64,000 bases of DNA. Source: Dehalococcoidia bacterium. GTDB lineage: Bacteria > Chloroflexota > Dehalococcoidia > Lucifugimonadales > UBA3495. Shown here piece after piece: positions 46,837 to 56,679 of this stretch. The translations under genes and the position numbers were made by a program. Numbering within the stretch: the stretch's first letter is position 1; every line of letters starts with the position of its first letter. The notes beneath the pieces were generated by a model, which was given only the letters and a program-made list of their open reading frames with translations, was not told where the DNA came from and ran no database searches. The stretch covers positions 12,288 to 76,287 of the forward strand of contig DAOUJS010000006.1 of NCBI GenBank assembly GCA_034422355.1, in the 5' to 3' direction.

Positions 46837-47487
46837 CTACGGGCGAGGGAAGGCACCGGGCCCCAACAGCGGCACGAACCGGCAGGGTCCCAGCATACGC
46901 AGCGACAGGCCCTCGCCGGTGCGGTGACATTCCACCAATTCCTGCCGTTCCAGGGACCCCACGGGGACCACCATGCGGCCTCCCGGCGCGAGTTGGCCCA
47001 CCAGTTCGTCGGGCAGGCTGGGCGCAGCGGCGGCAACTACTATGGCGTCATATGGGCTGTCCTCCGGGCAGCCGAGGGTTTCCCCTGCCATTTTCACCAA
47101 GACGTTGGCGCATCCCAACTCGCGCAGGAGGGACTGGGCGCGGCCAGCCAGAGACGGGATGCGCTCTACGGTTACGACCCGGCCCCGGGGAAGCAGCAGT
47201 GACAAGATGGCGGCCTGATAACCGCTTCCCGTGCCCACTTCCAGCACCTTCTCGCTGCCTTGCAGGGCCAGGGCGGCGGTCATCATGGCCACTATGTAGG
47301 GTTGGGAGATGGTCTGGCCCTCTCCGATGGCAAGGGGGATGTCCTCGTAGGCCATGTGCCGGACCGGAAGCGGCACGAATTCCTCTCTGGGAACACATTT
47401 CATGGCGTCCACTACTGCTTGCGAGCGTATTTTCCGCGAGATGTTACGAAATAGTCCGCGTTTGGCCTTTTCCAGTTCCTGTTCCAT
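46837..47487 (-). CDS. pcm: protein-L-isoaspartate O-methyltransferase
   Basis: ORF 46837..47556; likely start MEQELEKAK at 47487. GQTISQPYIVAMM and VLEVGTGSGYQAA motifs. Confidence 0.9.
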   Translation of the reverse strand: MEQELEKAKRGLFRNISRKIRSQAVVDAMKCVPREEFVPLPVRHMAYEDIPLAIGEGQTISQPYIVAMMTAALALQGSEKVLEVGTGSGYQAAILSLLLPRGRVVTVERIPSLAGRAQSLLRELGCANVLVKMAGETLGCPEDSPYDAIVVAAAAPSLPDELVGQLAPGGRMVVPVGSLERQELVECHRTGEGLSLRMLGPCRFVPLLGPGAFPRP

Positions 47488-47759
47488 GCGACGCCTCGGC
47501 ACCCGATACCCCACTATACCATAAACAAACGTCTGGCATGTGAGAAACTGTGGCAACCCCCCCCTTTACACATAAGGGCCCAGCACCCTACATGGCCGAG
47601 TCTTGGCCTGCATTGATTGAGCGCAGAACCCCGGACCTTCGCATGCTGGCATCCAGACAATCGGGAGCGCTTTTCGCCATTGACGAGGAATCTGTGCTGT
47701 GATAGCCTCTACTGGGCAAGCCAAGGAATTAGAATTCTATAGATTTCTGCATATTTCCA

Positions 47760-48374
47760 ATGGTCAAGCTTCCTATAGACGAAGACCGGTGGCTTTCGCT
47801 GGGAGAGGCATGCCGCCTGCTGGCGGTCAACGAGGCTACGCTCCGGCAGTGGGCCGACAACGGCCACGTTCCGGTGTACCGGACCCCCGGCGGCCATCGC
47901 CGTTTCCGCAGCAGCGACGTTATGGCCCTGACCGGCTCCTCGTCCGCGAGGCCGCAGCCCGGAGGGGACGGCACCGGCACCCTGGAGGGTTCGGCCCTGC
48001 GGCGCATCCGCCGCCGGCTGCACCAGGAAAAGGTGGCCAGCCAGCCCTGGTACCAGGGTGTCGAGGAAGAAGGCCGGGGCCGGATGCGCCTGTTCGGGCG
48101 CAGGCTGCTCTCCTTGCTGGCCCAGGAACCCCATAACGGCCAGAGTGGACGCCGCCAGCGCCAGGACGCCCTAACCGAGTCTAACTCCCTGGGCCGCGAG
48201 TACGGCGCTGAGATGGCCGAGCGGGGCGTTCCCCTCAGCGATACACTGGAAGCGTTCATCTTCTTCAGATCGCTGGTGTTGGACTCCGCCGATGCCGAAC
48301 ACCAAGGGCGCATCCTGGAGTTGGCCGACCGGGTCCTGATCGGCCTCGCCGAGTCCTACCAGACTCGCATGTGA
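47760..48374 (+). CDS. MerR/excisionase-type helix-turn-helix DNA-binding protein
   Basis: 204 aa. LSLGEACRLLAVNEATLRQWADNGHVPVYRTPGGHRRF HTH. C-terminal domain uncharacterised. Confidence 0.7.
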   Translation: MVKLPIDEDRWLSLGEACRLLAVNEATLRQWADNGHVPVYRTPGGHRRFRSSDVMALTGSSSARPQPGGDGTGTLEGSALRRIRRRLHQEKVASQPWYQGVEEEGRGRMRLFGRRLLSLLAQEPHNGQSGRRQRQDALTESNSLGREYGAEMAERGVPLSDTLEAFIFFRSLVLDSADAEHQGRILELADRVLIGLAESYQTRM

Positions 48375-48420
48375 GACGCACCACACCAGTCCACGACCAT
48401 CGAAAGGAGCACACCAGGAC

Positions 48421-49470
48421 ATGGACCTTACCGACAGAAAGCTACTGAATCTTATCCAGAGCCGCTTCCCGATGGTGGACCGCCCCTATGCCGAGTTGGG
48501 CGGGGAGCTCGAAATAACCGAGGATGAAGTGCTGGAGCGGCTGACCGAGTTGAAGCGTCAGAATGTTCTCCGGCAGGTAAGCGCCATATTCGATACCCGC
48601 CGCCTCGGTTACAAGACCACCTTGGTGGCGATGGCCTTTGAGCCGGAAGACCTGCACCGCAGCGCCCTCTGGATCAACCGCCATCCCGGTGTCAGCCACA
48701 ACTACGCCCGGGAAGGTTCCTACTACAACCTGTGGTTCACCCTGGCCGTGCCACCGGACCATGACCTTGAGTCCACGGTGAATTTCATGGCCCAGGAGAC
48801 CGGCGCGCTCAGTTGCCGCATCATGCCCACCATCCGGTTCTTCAAGATAGGCGTGAACTTCGACATGGTGCAGCAGAAAGGCTCGTCCTACAACTACAGC
48901 CCCGACGGGTACGACAAGTCCGCCGCCGAGAGTTGGAACCGGGCCGTGGCCGTGACCGACGAGGACAAGGCGGCGATACTGGAGCTTCAGGAAGACCTGG
49001 AGCTGGTCCCCAGGCCCTTCGACGCCATGGCGCAGCGTCTGGGCAAGACCACCGGCGAGCTTTACGCAATGGCACAGGAATTCCAGGACCGCCGTATCAT
49101 GCGCCGCTACAGTGCGGTGCTGCATCATCGCCGCTCCGGGTTCCGGGCCAATGCCATGATCGTCTGGAAGGTGCCGGAAGAGCGCGCCGATGAAGTGGGT
49201 ATGACCATGGCCGGGCACAAGGCTGTGACCCACTGCTACCAGCGTCCCACTTTCCCCGACTGGCCCTACACCCACTTCACCATGGTCCATGCCACGTCGC
49301 CGGAAGGATGCGAGGAAATCGAGCGGGAGATCAGCGAGGCCACGGGAATCACCGAGCGGCTGATGCTCTACAGCACCAGGGAGTACAAGAAGACGCGCGT
49401 GCGTTACTTCGTCGACGACTACGAACGTTATCGGGTGAATGTGCAGTCTGCCCCGGTATCCACTTCTTAA
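48421..49470 (+). CDS. fused siroheme decarboxylase AhbA/AhbB-like (NirD/L/G/H family)
   Basis: 349 aa, made of two tandem AsnC-like modules. DRKLLNLIQSRFPMVDRPYAELG...HPGVSHNYAR in the first half, ILELQEDLELVPRPFDAMA...VTHCYQR in the second. Confidence 0.8.
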   Translation: MDLTDRKLLNLIQSRFPMVDRPYAELGGELEITEDEVLERLTELKRQNVLRQVSAIFDTRRLGYKTTLVAMAFEPEDLHRSALWINRHPGVSHNYAREGSYYNLWFTLAVPPDHDLESTVNFMAQETGALSCRIMPTIRFFKIGVNFDMVQQKGSSYNYSPDGYDKSAAESWNRAVAVTDEDKAAILELQEDLELVPRPFDAMAQRLGKTTGELYAMAQEFQDRRIMRRYSAVLHHRRSGFRANAMIVWKVPEERADEVGMTMAGHKAVTHCYQRPTFPDWPYTHFTMVHATSPEGCEEIEREISEATGITERLMLYSTREYKKTRVRYFVDDYERYRVNVQSAPVSTS

Positions 49471-49492
49471 CCGGCGGGATATATCTGTAACG

Positions 49493-50236
49493 ATGTCTGA
49501 ATACTATCCGGTCTATCTCAACCTCAAGGACAGGCGGTGTGTCGTCGTCGGGGGAGGCACAATCGCCCAGGACAAGATAATCAAGCTGCTGGAATCCGGC
49601 GCAGTTGTCTCCGTAGTCAGCCCCGACGCTACCCCTGTGATCCAGTCCCTTGCCGACGAGGGACGGCTGGAGTGGGCACGCCGTGAGTACTGCCCTGGGG
49701 ACCTGTGCGGCGCGTTCATGGGCATCGCAGCCACCAACCGGCGGGACGTCAACCGCTGCATCTTCGAGGAAGCAGAGGAACACGGCATCCTTCTGAACGT
49801 GGTGGACGACCCCGTGCTGTGCTCATTCATCGCTCCGGCCATCGTGAAGCGAGGCCTGGTGACCCTGGCTGTATCCACGGGAGGGGCCAGTCCGGCCCTG
49901 GCTCGCAAGCTCCGGGAGTCCCTCGAAAACTCGCCCGCCATCCAGTGGTCCGACCTTGCCCCCGTGCTGTCCCGCGTCCGGCGGGAGATCAGGCGTATGG
50001 GAGTGAAGGTCCATCCCCAGCGGTGGCAGTGCAGCATGACTCCCGAATTGCTGGATTTGGTCCAATCGGGCCGTGAGGAAGAAGCCGTATCCTCCCTCCT
50101 GGCAGACCTGACCAGCCCGGACGTCCCCGGCCTCTGCTCCACCGTTGGCCGGTGCGACCCGGACTCACCGGACGGACCATGCGCCGTTCGCCAACACGGG
50201 ATGCTCCCCGCCGTGACCGGGGGCCGGGGACGCTAG
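49493..50236 (+). CDS. precorrin-2 dehydrogenase/sirohydrochlorin ferrochelatase (SirC/Met8/CysG-N-like)
   Basis: ATG at 49493. YPVYLNLKDRRCVVVGGGTIAQDKI Rossmann motif. Confidence 0.8.
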   Translation: MSEYYPVYLNLKDRRCVVVGGGTIAQDKIIKLLESGAVVSVVSPDATPVIQSLADEGRLEWARREYCPGDLCGAFMGIAATNRRDVNRCIFEEAEEHGILLNVVDDPVLCSFIAPAIVKRGLVTLAVSTGGASPALARKLRESLENSPAIQWSDLAPVLSRVRREIRRMGVKVHPQRWQCSMTPELLDLVQSGREEEAVSSLLADLTSPDVPGLCSTVGRCDPDSPDGPCAVRQHGMLPAVTGGRGR

Positions 50237-50320
50237 TTTGAACACCCGCAACACTTCCCAACGAGGACGCCTCCCCGTACCCGGTCCGGGGCCTGAGCGG
50301 CCGCCAAGGTCAGTCCCCAG

Positions 50321-51253
50321 ATGAGAAAGACCTTCAAGGTCGGCACCCGCGGCAGCGGCCTGGCCTTGCGCCAGACTGAGGAAGTCCTGTCCATACTGCG
50401 CGGGCTGTACCCGGACCTGGACTTCCAGGTGGAGATCGTGCGCACCCAGGGAGATGCCAACCCCACTGCGCCCCTGGCCGGAATGGGGCTGGGCATATTC
50501 GTCAAGGAAATTGAACGCCAACTGCTGGACAGAACGTTGGACGTGGCGGTCCACAGCCTGAAGGACATGCCCACCGAGCTGCCCGAGGGCCTGGCCATCG
50601 GCGCGACGCCCAAACGCGCCGATCCCAGGGACGTCCTGGTGAACCGCTGGAATTGCCGCCTCTCCGAGCTTCCCCAGGGCGCCCGTATAGGCACCAGCAG
50701 CCCCCGCCGCCGGGCGTTGATCCAGACCCTTTGCCCCCAGGCAACGGTGCTGCCCATCCGCGGCAACGTGGACACCCGCTTGAGCAAGGCTGCCGGGGAT
50801 GACTATGACGGCGCGGTCCTGGCCGCCGCCGGCCTGGCCCGCATGGGCCTCACTGAACATATAGCCGAGTACCTCTCCCCCCAGCGGTTCGTGCCGCCCC
50901 CCGGCCAGGGCGCGTTGGCCATCGAAGTCCGGGCTGACGACGCGGAGCTTATGGACCTGCTCCGTCCCGCCGAAGACCCGGAGACCAGGTTCGCCGCCAC
51001 TGCGGAGCGGGCCTTTCTGGAAAAGCTGGGCGGCGGCTGCCAATTGCCCGTGGGCGCTTACGGCCGTGCCCAGGGCGAGGCCATGTTCCTGACCGTGTTC
51101 CTAAGCTCCCCCGACGGTCAAAAAGCCTTCCGAGCCAAGGTCGAGGGCCTGACCCATGACCCTCTGCAACTGGCCAGCGACGCCTACCTGGCGGTGTTGG
51201 AACGCGGCGGGGGTCCTCTCCTCGAGGTGGAGTGGGAGGAATTGGGACAATAA
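50321..51253 (+). CDS. hemC: hydroxymethylbilane synthase (porphobilinogen deaminase)
   Basis: 310 aa. KVGTRGSGLALRQTE, HSLKDMPT, RGNVDTRL, and the C-terminal GGCQLPVGAY cofactor Cys. Confidence 0.92.
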   Translation: MRKTFKVGTRGSGLALRQTEEVLSILRGLYPDLDFQVEIVRTQGDANPTAPLAGMGLGIFVKEIERQLLDRTLDVAVHSLKDMPTELPEGLAIGATPKRADPRDVLVNRWNCRLSELPQGARIGTSSPRRRALIQTLCPQATVLPIRGNVDTRLSKAAGDDYDGAVLAAAGLARMGLTEHIAEYLSPQRFVPPPGQGALAIEVRADDAELMDLLRPAEDPETRFAATAERAFLEKLGGGCQLPVGAYGRAQGEAMFLTVFLSSPDGQKAFRAKVEGLTHDPLQLASDAYLAVLERGGGPLLEVEWEELGQ

Positions 51254-51448
51254 CCCACCCCGACTATGGATATGCCCCGACATAGGCTTGGAATAGCGCT
51301 TTTTCTTGTTGATAAGACGCTATCGCCAGATGCTTCCCCGGTCTGATACCCTGTATACGGAAACCTCGGCTTCTCAATTTCACCGTTGTCCCATTGGCTG
51401 CGGCGAGATTTCTATACTACCTGGCAACCGGCTACTTTGGAGAGAAAG

Positions 51449-52039
51449 ATGTTCCAGACTGAGGATATGCTCCGGGTCTTCCAGCAATACCGGGGCGACG
51501 CGGTGGTCATTCCCGGACGGGGGGGCCGGCACTGGGTGAACATCAGCACCAATGAGACCAGGGACGTCCCCTTGGGCGACCCGGCTATGGGCGGCCACGC
51601 ATCCTTTGGGCTGGGGCTGGCCCTGGCCCGCCCCAATGAGAAGGTGGTGCTGTTCGACTCGGAGGGCGACGTTCTGATGAACCTGGGCGCTCTGCCCACC
51701 ATCGCGGAGAAGGCGCCTGGCAACTTCTACCACTTCATGCTGGACAACGAGTGCTACGCCACCACCGGCGGCCAGCCGGTCCCCAACGCGGCCAACGTTC
51801 AGTACGACGTCATCGCCCGTGGCTCCGGCTACCCCGCAGCATACGCTTTCGACAACCTGGAGGACTTCTCCAACAACATCCAGCAAATCCTGGATCAGCC
51901 CGGCCCGGTGTTCGTGGCCATGAAAGTCTACCCGGAGATCGAGAACCTCCCCATCGGGCAGCGCCGCAGGTGGCAGACCCGCTCCCGCGACCAGGTCATT
52001 GAAGACCTGAAAACATCGATGGGGCCGCGGGTTGCCTGA
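51449..52039 (+). CDS. thiamine-diphosphate-binding (PP-domain only) protein, sulfopyruvate/phosphonopyruvate decarboxylase beta-like
   Basis: ATG at 51449 after GGAGAG. GDPAMGGHASFGLGLALARPNEKVVLFDSEGDVLMNLGAL is a TPP-binding GDG-x-N type motif. Confidence 0.7.
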   Translation: MFQTEDMLRVFQQYRGDAVVIPGRGGRHWVNISTNETRDVPLGDPAMGGHASFGLGLALARPNEKVVLFDSEGDVLMNLGALPTIAEKAPGNFYHFMLDNECYATTGGQPVPNAANVQYDVIARGSGYPAAYAFDNLEDFSNNIQQILDQPGPVFVAMKVYPEIENLPIGQRRRWQTRSRDQVIEDLKTSMGPRVA

Positions 52040-52115
52040 CCTCTGATCGATAATCAGTCGGGCCATCGGTCCAAGCACTAAACTACCTGACAAATCTACG
52101 AGTTGGAGAGAAAAC

Positions 52116-52637
52116 ATGCCTGCAGCAGCAATTTCGTTGACCACCCTGGAGCGCAACTGGGGCATGGTGGACCGCGCCCTGGACGGCTTGGGAGATGAAG
52201 CCTGGAACGCCCAGCCCAACGACCAGAGCAATTCCGTCGCCTGGCTTCTCTGGCACATGACCCGTGTCGTGGACACCTTCGTCAACACCCGGTTTCTCTC
52301 CCAGCCCGATCTTTGGGTGCGTGACGGTTGGCATGAGAAGTGCGGCATGGCCGCCGACTCGGGCACCGGCCAGGGAATGTCCGTAGAGGACGTGGCGGCA
52401 TGGCAGGCCCCGTCCCGGGAAGCCCTGACCGGGTATTACGAGGCAGTCAAGGCTTGCGCCAGGGAATGGTTGGGTTCGGTCAGCGATGAGACCATGTCCG
52501 GGACCATCACCATGCCCAACGGGGACCCGCGCCCGGCGGCCGATATGCTTGGGACACTGGTCTACGACAACACCGTGCACGGTGGCCAGATCGCCTACCT
52601 GCGCGGCTACTACCGGGGCATGGGCTGGTTTGTGTAG
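52116..52637 (+). CDS. DinB-family (four-helix bundle) protein
   Basis: 173 aa. WLLWHMTRV and NTVHGGQIAYLRG histidine motifs. Confidence 0.7.
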   Translation: MPAAAISLTTLERNWGMVDRALDGLGDEAWNAQPNDQSNSVAWLLWHMTRVVDTFVNTRFLSQPDLWVRDGWHEKCGMAADSGTGQGMSVEDVAAWQAPSREALTGYYEAVKACAREWLGSVSDETMSGTITMPNGDPRPAADMLGTLVYDNTVHGGQIAYLRGYYRGMGWFV

Positions 52638-52739
52638 GACAGAGAAGAGTGGACAGTGATAGTTGTCAGTAGCCAGCACACAGCTCTCAACTGGCCCACT
52701 GACAGCCGGCCACACGGATGAGATGAAGGGAGAAATGAC

Positions 52740-53135
52740 ATGAGCACTTCCGTGCAGGGCACGAAACCCTATGTAGTGCATGGGCCGCAGGACGCGAACA
52801 CCACCGCCCAGACCAGGGGCATGGAGCGGCGTCCGGGGATAACGGCGCTGACCGCCGGTGCGTCCAGGATTTGGCTTGGGCTGGTCACCGCCGCGCCCAA
52901 CGAGGCCGGGCCGCCCCACCACCACGGCGAGGCCGAGACCGCCGCGTACATTCTCAGCGGCCGGGTCCGGGTCTATTTCGGTGAGGACTTCAAGGAATAC
53001 GTGGAGGCGGGACCCGGCGACTTTTTGTTCGTCCCGGCCAACACCCCCCACATAGAGGCCAACCCCTACGATGAACCCCAGACCGCGGTGCTGGCCCGTT
53101 CCCCGGACAACATCGTGGTGAACCTGGGCGAGTAG
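52740..53135 (+). CDS. cupin-domain protein
   Basis: 131 aa. GPPHHHGEAETAAYILSG...GDFLFVPANTPH two-motif cupin signature. Confidence 0.8.
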   Translation: MSTSVQGTKPYVVHGPQDANTTAQTRGMERRPGITALTAGASRIWLGLVTAAPNEAGPPHHHGEAETAAYILSGRVRVYFGEDFKEYVEAGPGDFLFVPANTPHIEANPYDEPQTAVLARSPDNIVVNLGE

Positions 53136-53247
53136 AGTGGGCAGTGGCCGGCATCCAGGGTCCGGTTGTGGGTGACTGTCAAAGTCGGGAGGGTCGCCAG
53201 ATCCTGTGATTGACACTGACCACTGAAAGAACTGGAGGCTTTTGCTG

Positions 53248-54798
53248 ATGAAATACGACTACATCGTCATAGGCTCAGGTTCCGCAGGATCAATCGTAGC
53301 CACGCGGTTGAGCGAAGACCCTGCCCGCTCGGTGTTGCTGCTGGAGGCCGGGCCGGACTACCCGGACTTCGAGCATCTGCCGGAGGAGGTCAAGTTTGGC
53401 TACGCCACCGGCACCGACATAATGACCAGCGACCACAACTGGCAGTTCACCGGCAAGGCCACCGACCAGGCCGAGCCTATGCTGGTGCCCAGGGGCAAGG
53501 TCACCGGCGGATCCAGCGCCATCAACGGCCAGGTCTTCCTGCGGGGCGTTCCCGAGGACTACGACTCCTGGGCGGCCCTGGGCAACGACCAGTGGCGCTT
53601 CCAGGACCTGCTGCAATACTTCCGCATGATCGAGACCGACACCGACTTCGGGACCGACGACTTCCACAACTCCGACGGCCCAATAATTGTGCGCCGGTTC
53701 AAGCCCGATGAGATGCTGCCTGACCAGCAGGCTTTCTACGACGCCTGCCGGGCCATCGGCATCCCCGACAGCCCGGACCACAACCTCCCCGACGCATCGG
53801 GAGTCGGCCCCTGCCCGGTGAACAACCCCAATGGCATCCGCTGGAGCACGGCCCTGGGCTACCTCAACATGGCCCGGCACCGCCTGAACCTCACCCTGCG
53901 GCCCAACTGCACGGTCCATCGCATCGTATTCGAGGGCAAGCGGGCAGTGGGAGTCGAGGTCGAGAGCGGGGGTGAAAAGTTCATCGCCGAGGGCGACGAG
54001 ATAGTCCTCAGTTCCGGCGCAATCGGCTCACCCCACATCCTGCTGCTTTCGGGCGTGGGACCGGCATCGCAACTGACCAGTTTCGACATTCCGGTGGTCC
54101 ATGACCTCCCGGGCGTTGGCCAGGGTATGCGCGATCATCCGACCGTTCCGGTTACCTGGCGGACCAGGCCCGAGCACCCGCTGGACGGGTATGCGCCCCG
54201 GATGCAGATGGCGCTGCGAACCACTGCCGAGGGTTCCCAGCTGCGCAACGACATCCAGGTGTTGATGCAGTCCTTCGCCACTGAGCGGATCAACCGCGGC
54301 GGAGACCGCATGGAACCCCTGGGCATACGGATGCTGGTGATCCTGAACCTGGCCGTGGGTTCCGGCGAACTCCGGCTCCAGTCCGCCGATCCGTCAGTAC
54401 AGCCCTTCCTGGACTACAACTACCTCAAGGAGGAATTCGACCGGAAGCGGCTGCGGGACACGGTGCGCATGTGCGTGAGGCTGGCGGACCATCCGGGGTT
54501 CCGCGACATCATCGAGGGTCGCACTGAGCCGACGGACGAGGAGTTGGCCTCGGACGACGCTCTGGACCAGTTCCTGTACCGTGAGGTTTCCACGGGCCAG
54601 CACATAACATGCACCTGCAAGATGGGACCGGCGTCAGACCCTATGGCGGTGGTTGACCAGTACGGGAGGGTTCACGGAATGGAGGGCATCCGCGTGGTGG
54701 ACGCCTCCATCATGCCCGACTGCGTCCGTGCCAACACCAACGTCACCACCATGATGATCGGCGAGCGTATCTCGGACTTCATCCGCCGGGGGCAGTAG
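53248..54798 (+). CDS. GMC-family FAD oxidoreductase, paralog 2
   Basis: ATG at 53248 after GGAGG. Collinear with the 1919..3466 product; 51 of the first 60 residues are identical by my count. Confidence 0.9.
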   Translation: MKYDYIVIGSGSAGSIVATRLSEDPARSVLLLEAGPDYPDFEHLPEEVKFGYATGTDIMTSDHNWQFTGKATDQAEPMLVPRGKVTGGSSAINGQVFLRGVPEDYDSWAALGNDQWRFQDLLQYFRMIETDTDFGTDDFHNSDGPIIVRRFKPDEMLPDQQAFYDACRAIGIPDSPDHNLPDASGVGPCPVNNPNGIRWSTALGYLNMARHRLNLTLRPNCTVHRIVFEGKRAVGVEVESGGEKFIAEGDEIVLSSGAIGSPHILLLSGVGPASQLTSFDIPVVHDLPGVGQGMRDHPTVPVTWRTRPEHPLDGYAPRMQMALRTTAEGSQLRNDIQVLMQSFATERINRGGDRMEPLGIRMLVILNLAVGSGELRLQSADPSVQPFLDYNYLKEEFDRKRLRDTVRMCVRLADHPGFRDIIEGRTEPTDEELASDDALDQFLYREVSTGQHITCTCKMGPASDPMAVVDQYGRVHGMEGIRVVDASIMPDCVRANTNVTTMMIGERISDFIRRGQ

Positions 54799-54894
54799 GG
54801 AACTCTGCGAGTCCACTCATCCCCGGGTGGGTGTCTTTTGTGCAGACCAAATGTTAGCGTGAGCGATTGAACATTGTTAGACAACAATTCAGAG

Positions 54895-55872
54895 ATGATA
54901 ATAGCTACGGGAGACGTGGGCCTTGTTGGCGTAGATTTGGAAGTGCTAATCCCAAAGCACTTGATGGCACTGGCACGTAAAGAGGAACAGCGATCGATTC
55001 CTGCGATCGCAAAAGACCCCGAAGCGACTTCTAGTATCGATAGTCTTTTGGGGAAGTTACCGACTACCCATCGTCTCCTGTTAGGCGATGCGCGCAGGCG
55101 CATCCGCGAGATTCCAGATGAATCCGTGCATCTAGCTGTCACTTCTCCCCCGTATTGGACTCTGAAGAGATACAAGGATCATCCAGACCAGCTTGGGCAT
55201 ATCGAAGATTACGAAGAATTCTTGGGAGAACTTGACATAGTCTGGAAGGAGGTGTTTAGAACCTTAGTGCCTGGCGGACGTCTTGCCATAGTAGTGGGAG
55301 ATGTTTGCCTGTCTCGCCGGAAGTATGGTCGCCATGTAGTGATCCCACTGCACGCCAGCATCCAGGAACGCTGCCGCTCATTGGGATACGACAATTTAGC
55401 CCCGATAATCTGGTACAAGATATCGAACGCGAATCGGGAAGTTGAAAATGGCTCAAGTTTTTTGGGCAAGCCATACGAACCTAATTCCATTGTCAAGAAC
55501 GATGCGGAATTCATCCTGTTTCAACGCAAACCTGGTGGCTACCGCAAACCCTCACTCGCTGCCAGAGTTCTATCTGTCGTTCCACTCGAGCTTTATCGCC
55601 AATGTTTTCAGCAAATATGGACTCTAGGGGGATACTCGACCAGAAAACATCCGTCACCTTATCCCAGGTTAGTAGCCGAGCGGTTAATCAGGATGTTCTC
55701 TTTTGTCGGCGACACGATTCTCGATCCGTTCATGGGCACAGGGACCAGTAACGTCGCCGCCGGGATGCTCGGTAGAAACAGCATCGGGATTGAAGTTGAA
55801 CCTTCGTATTTTGAGATGGCGAAGATAGCTACCGAAGGTAACAAGATCCATCAGAATAGATTGGCGATGTAG
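54895..55872 (+). CDS. beta-class N4-cytosine/N6-adenine DNA methyltransferase
   Basis: ORF 54874..55872 (TTG) with ATG at 54895. Catalytic motif IV VTSPPYW precedes SAM motif I DPFMGTGTS (beta-class order). Low-GC cassette. Confidence 0.85.
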   Translation: MIIATGDVGLVGVDLEVLIPKHLMALARKEEQRSIPAIAKDPEATSSIDSLLGKLPTTHRLLLGDARRRIREIPDESVHLAVTSPPYWTLKRYKDHPDQLGHIEDYEEFLGELDIVWKEVFRTLVPGGRLAIVVGDVCLSRRKYGRHVVIPLHASIQERCRSLGYDNLAPIIWYKISNANREVENGSSFLGKPYEPNSIVKNDAEFILFQRKPGGYRKPSLAARVLSVVPLELYRQCFQQIWTLGGYSTRKHPSPYPRLVAERLIRMFSFVGDTILDPFMGTGTSNVAAGMLGRNSIGIEVEPSYFEMAKIATEGNKIHQNRLAM

Positions 55873-55892
55873 AGACATCGAAGGCGTATTCG

Positions 55893-56624
55893 ATGACGGA
55901 ACGCTTAGCAATCCCACCGTTCTTTTTCTCCGAAGCTGTAAGACACTACTGGGATACGAGAGAACGGCAAGGCATTAACGCCCAAGCTGGCGCGGGCGAA
56001 GGTCGTAATGTTCGAGGTGGAAGGCATCTGGACGGCTTTCTAGCCTCGATTGTCACACTCATGATTGATCGTGGCGTTTCCCCTGACGACGTTTTTACAA
56101 ACTGCGAACTGCATAGAACCGGGCGATTGGATTTGCCGGGCTATTACAGGCCGACCAAAGAATGGGATCTCCTTGTAGTACGCGACGGACATCTAATTAC
56201 GGCCGTAGAACTCAAAGCACAGGCAGGTCCATCATTTGGTAACAACTTTAATAATCGAACTGAAGAAGCGATGGGAAGTGCCCTAGATATTTGGACCGCA
56301 TATCGGGAAGGCGCGTTCTCTGCGTCACCTCAGCCTTGGCTAGGTTATCTGATACTTCTTGAAGACTGTCCTCAATCAATGGCACCAGTCCAAGCCCGAG
56401 AGTCCCATTTCAGAGTGTTTCCAGAGTTCCAGGGAGCATCATATGCTCGTAGGTACGAGATATTTTGTCGGAAACTTGTCCTCGAGCGTCAATACAACGC
56501 AGCCTGCTTCTTGATGTCGAACCGGGAGAGGCGTAACGAAGCTGTGAACTATTTGGAGCCGGCAGAAGACCTCGGGAGTCAGCGATTCCTATTGGACCTG
56601 CTGAAGCATGTGGTTCCGGCATGA
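55893..56624 (+). CDS. type II restriction endonuclease, XhoI/PaeR7I-like (tentative family)
   Basis: 243 aa, 20 nt after the methylase. PD-(D/E)xK-like core WDLLVV...AVELKAQ followed by [15 protein letters not shown], which I associate with the XhoI family from memory. Confidence 0.6.
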   Translation: MTERLAIPPFFFSEAVRHYWDTRERQGINAQAGAGEGRNVRGGRHLDGFLASIVTLMIDRGVSPDDVFTNCELHRTGRLDLPGYYRPTKEWDLLVVRDGHLITAVELKAQAGPSFGNNFNNRTEEAMGSALDIWTAYREGAFSASPQPWLGYLILLEDCPQSMAPVQARESHFRVFPEFQGASYARRYEIFCRKLVLERQYNAACFLMSNRERRNEAVNYLEPAEDLGSQRFLLDLLKHVVPA

Positions 56625-56679
56625 ACACAAGATCCCATATGACTTACGTGTAGCGCGCTTTAGAGTGCAATGGCTAGAA

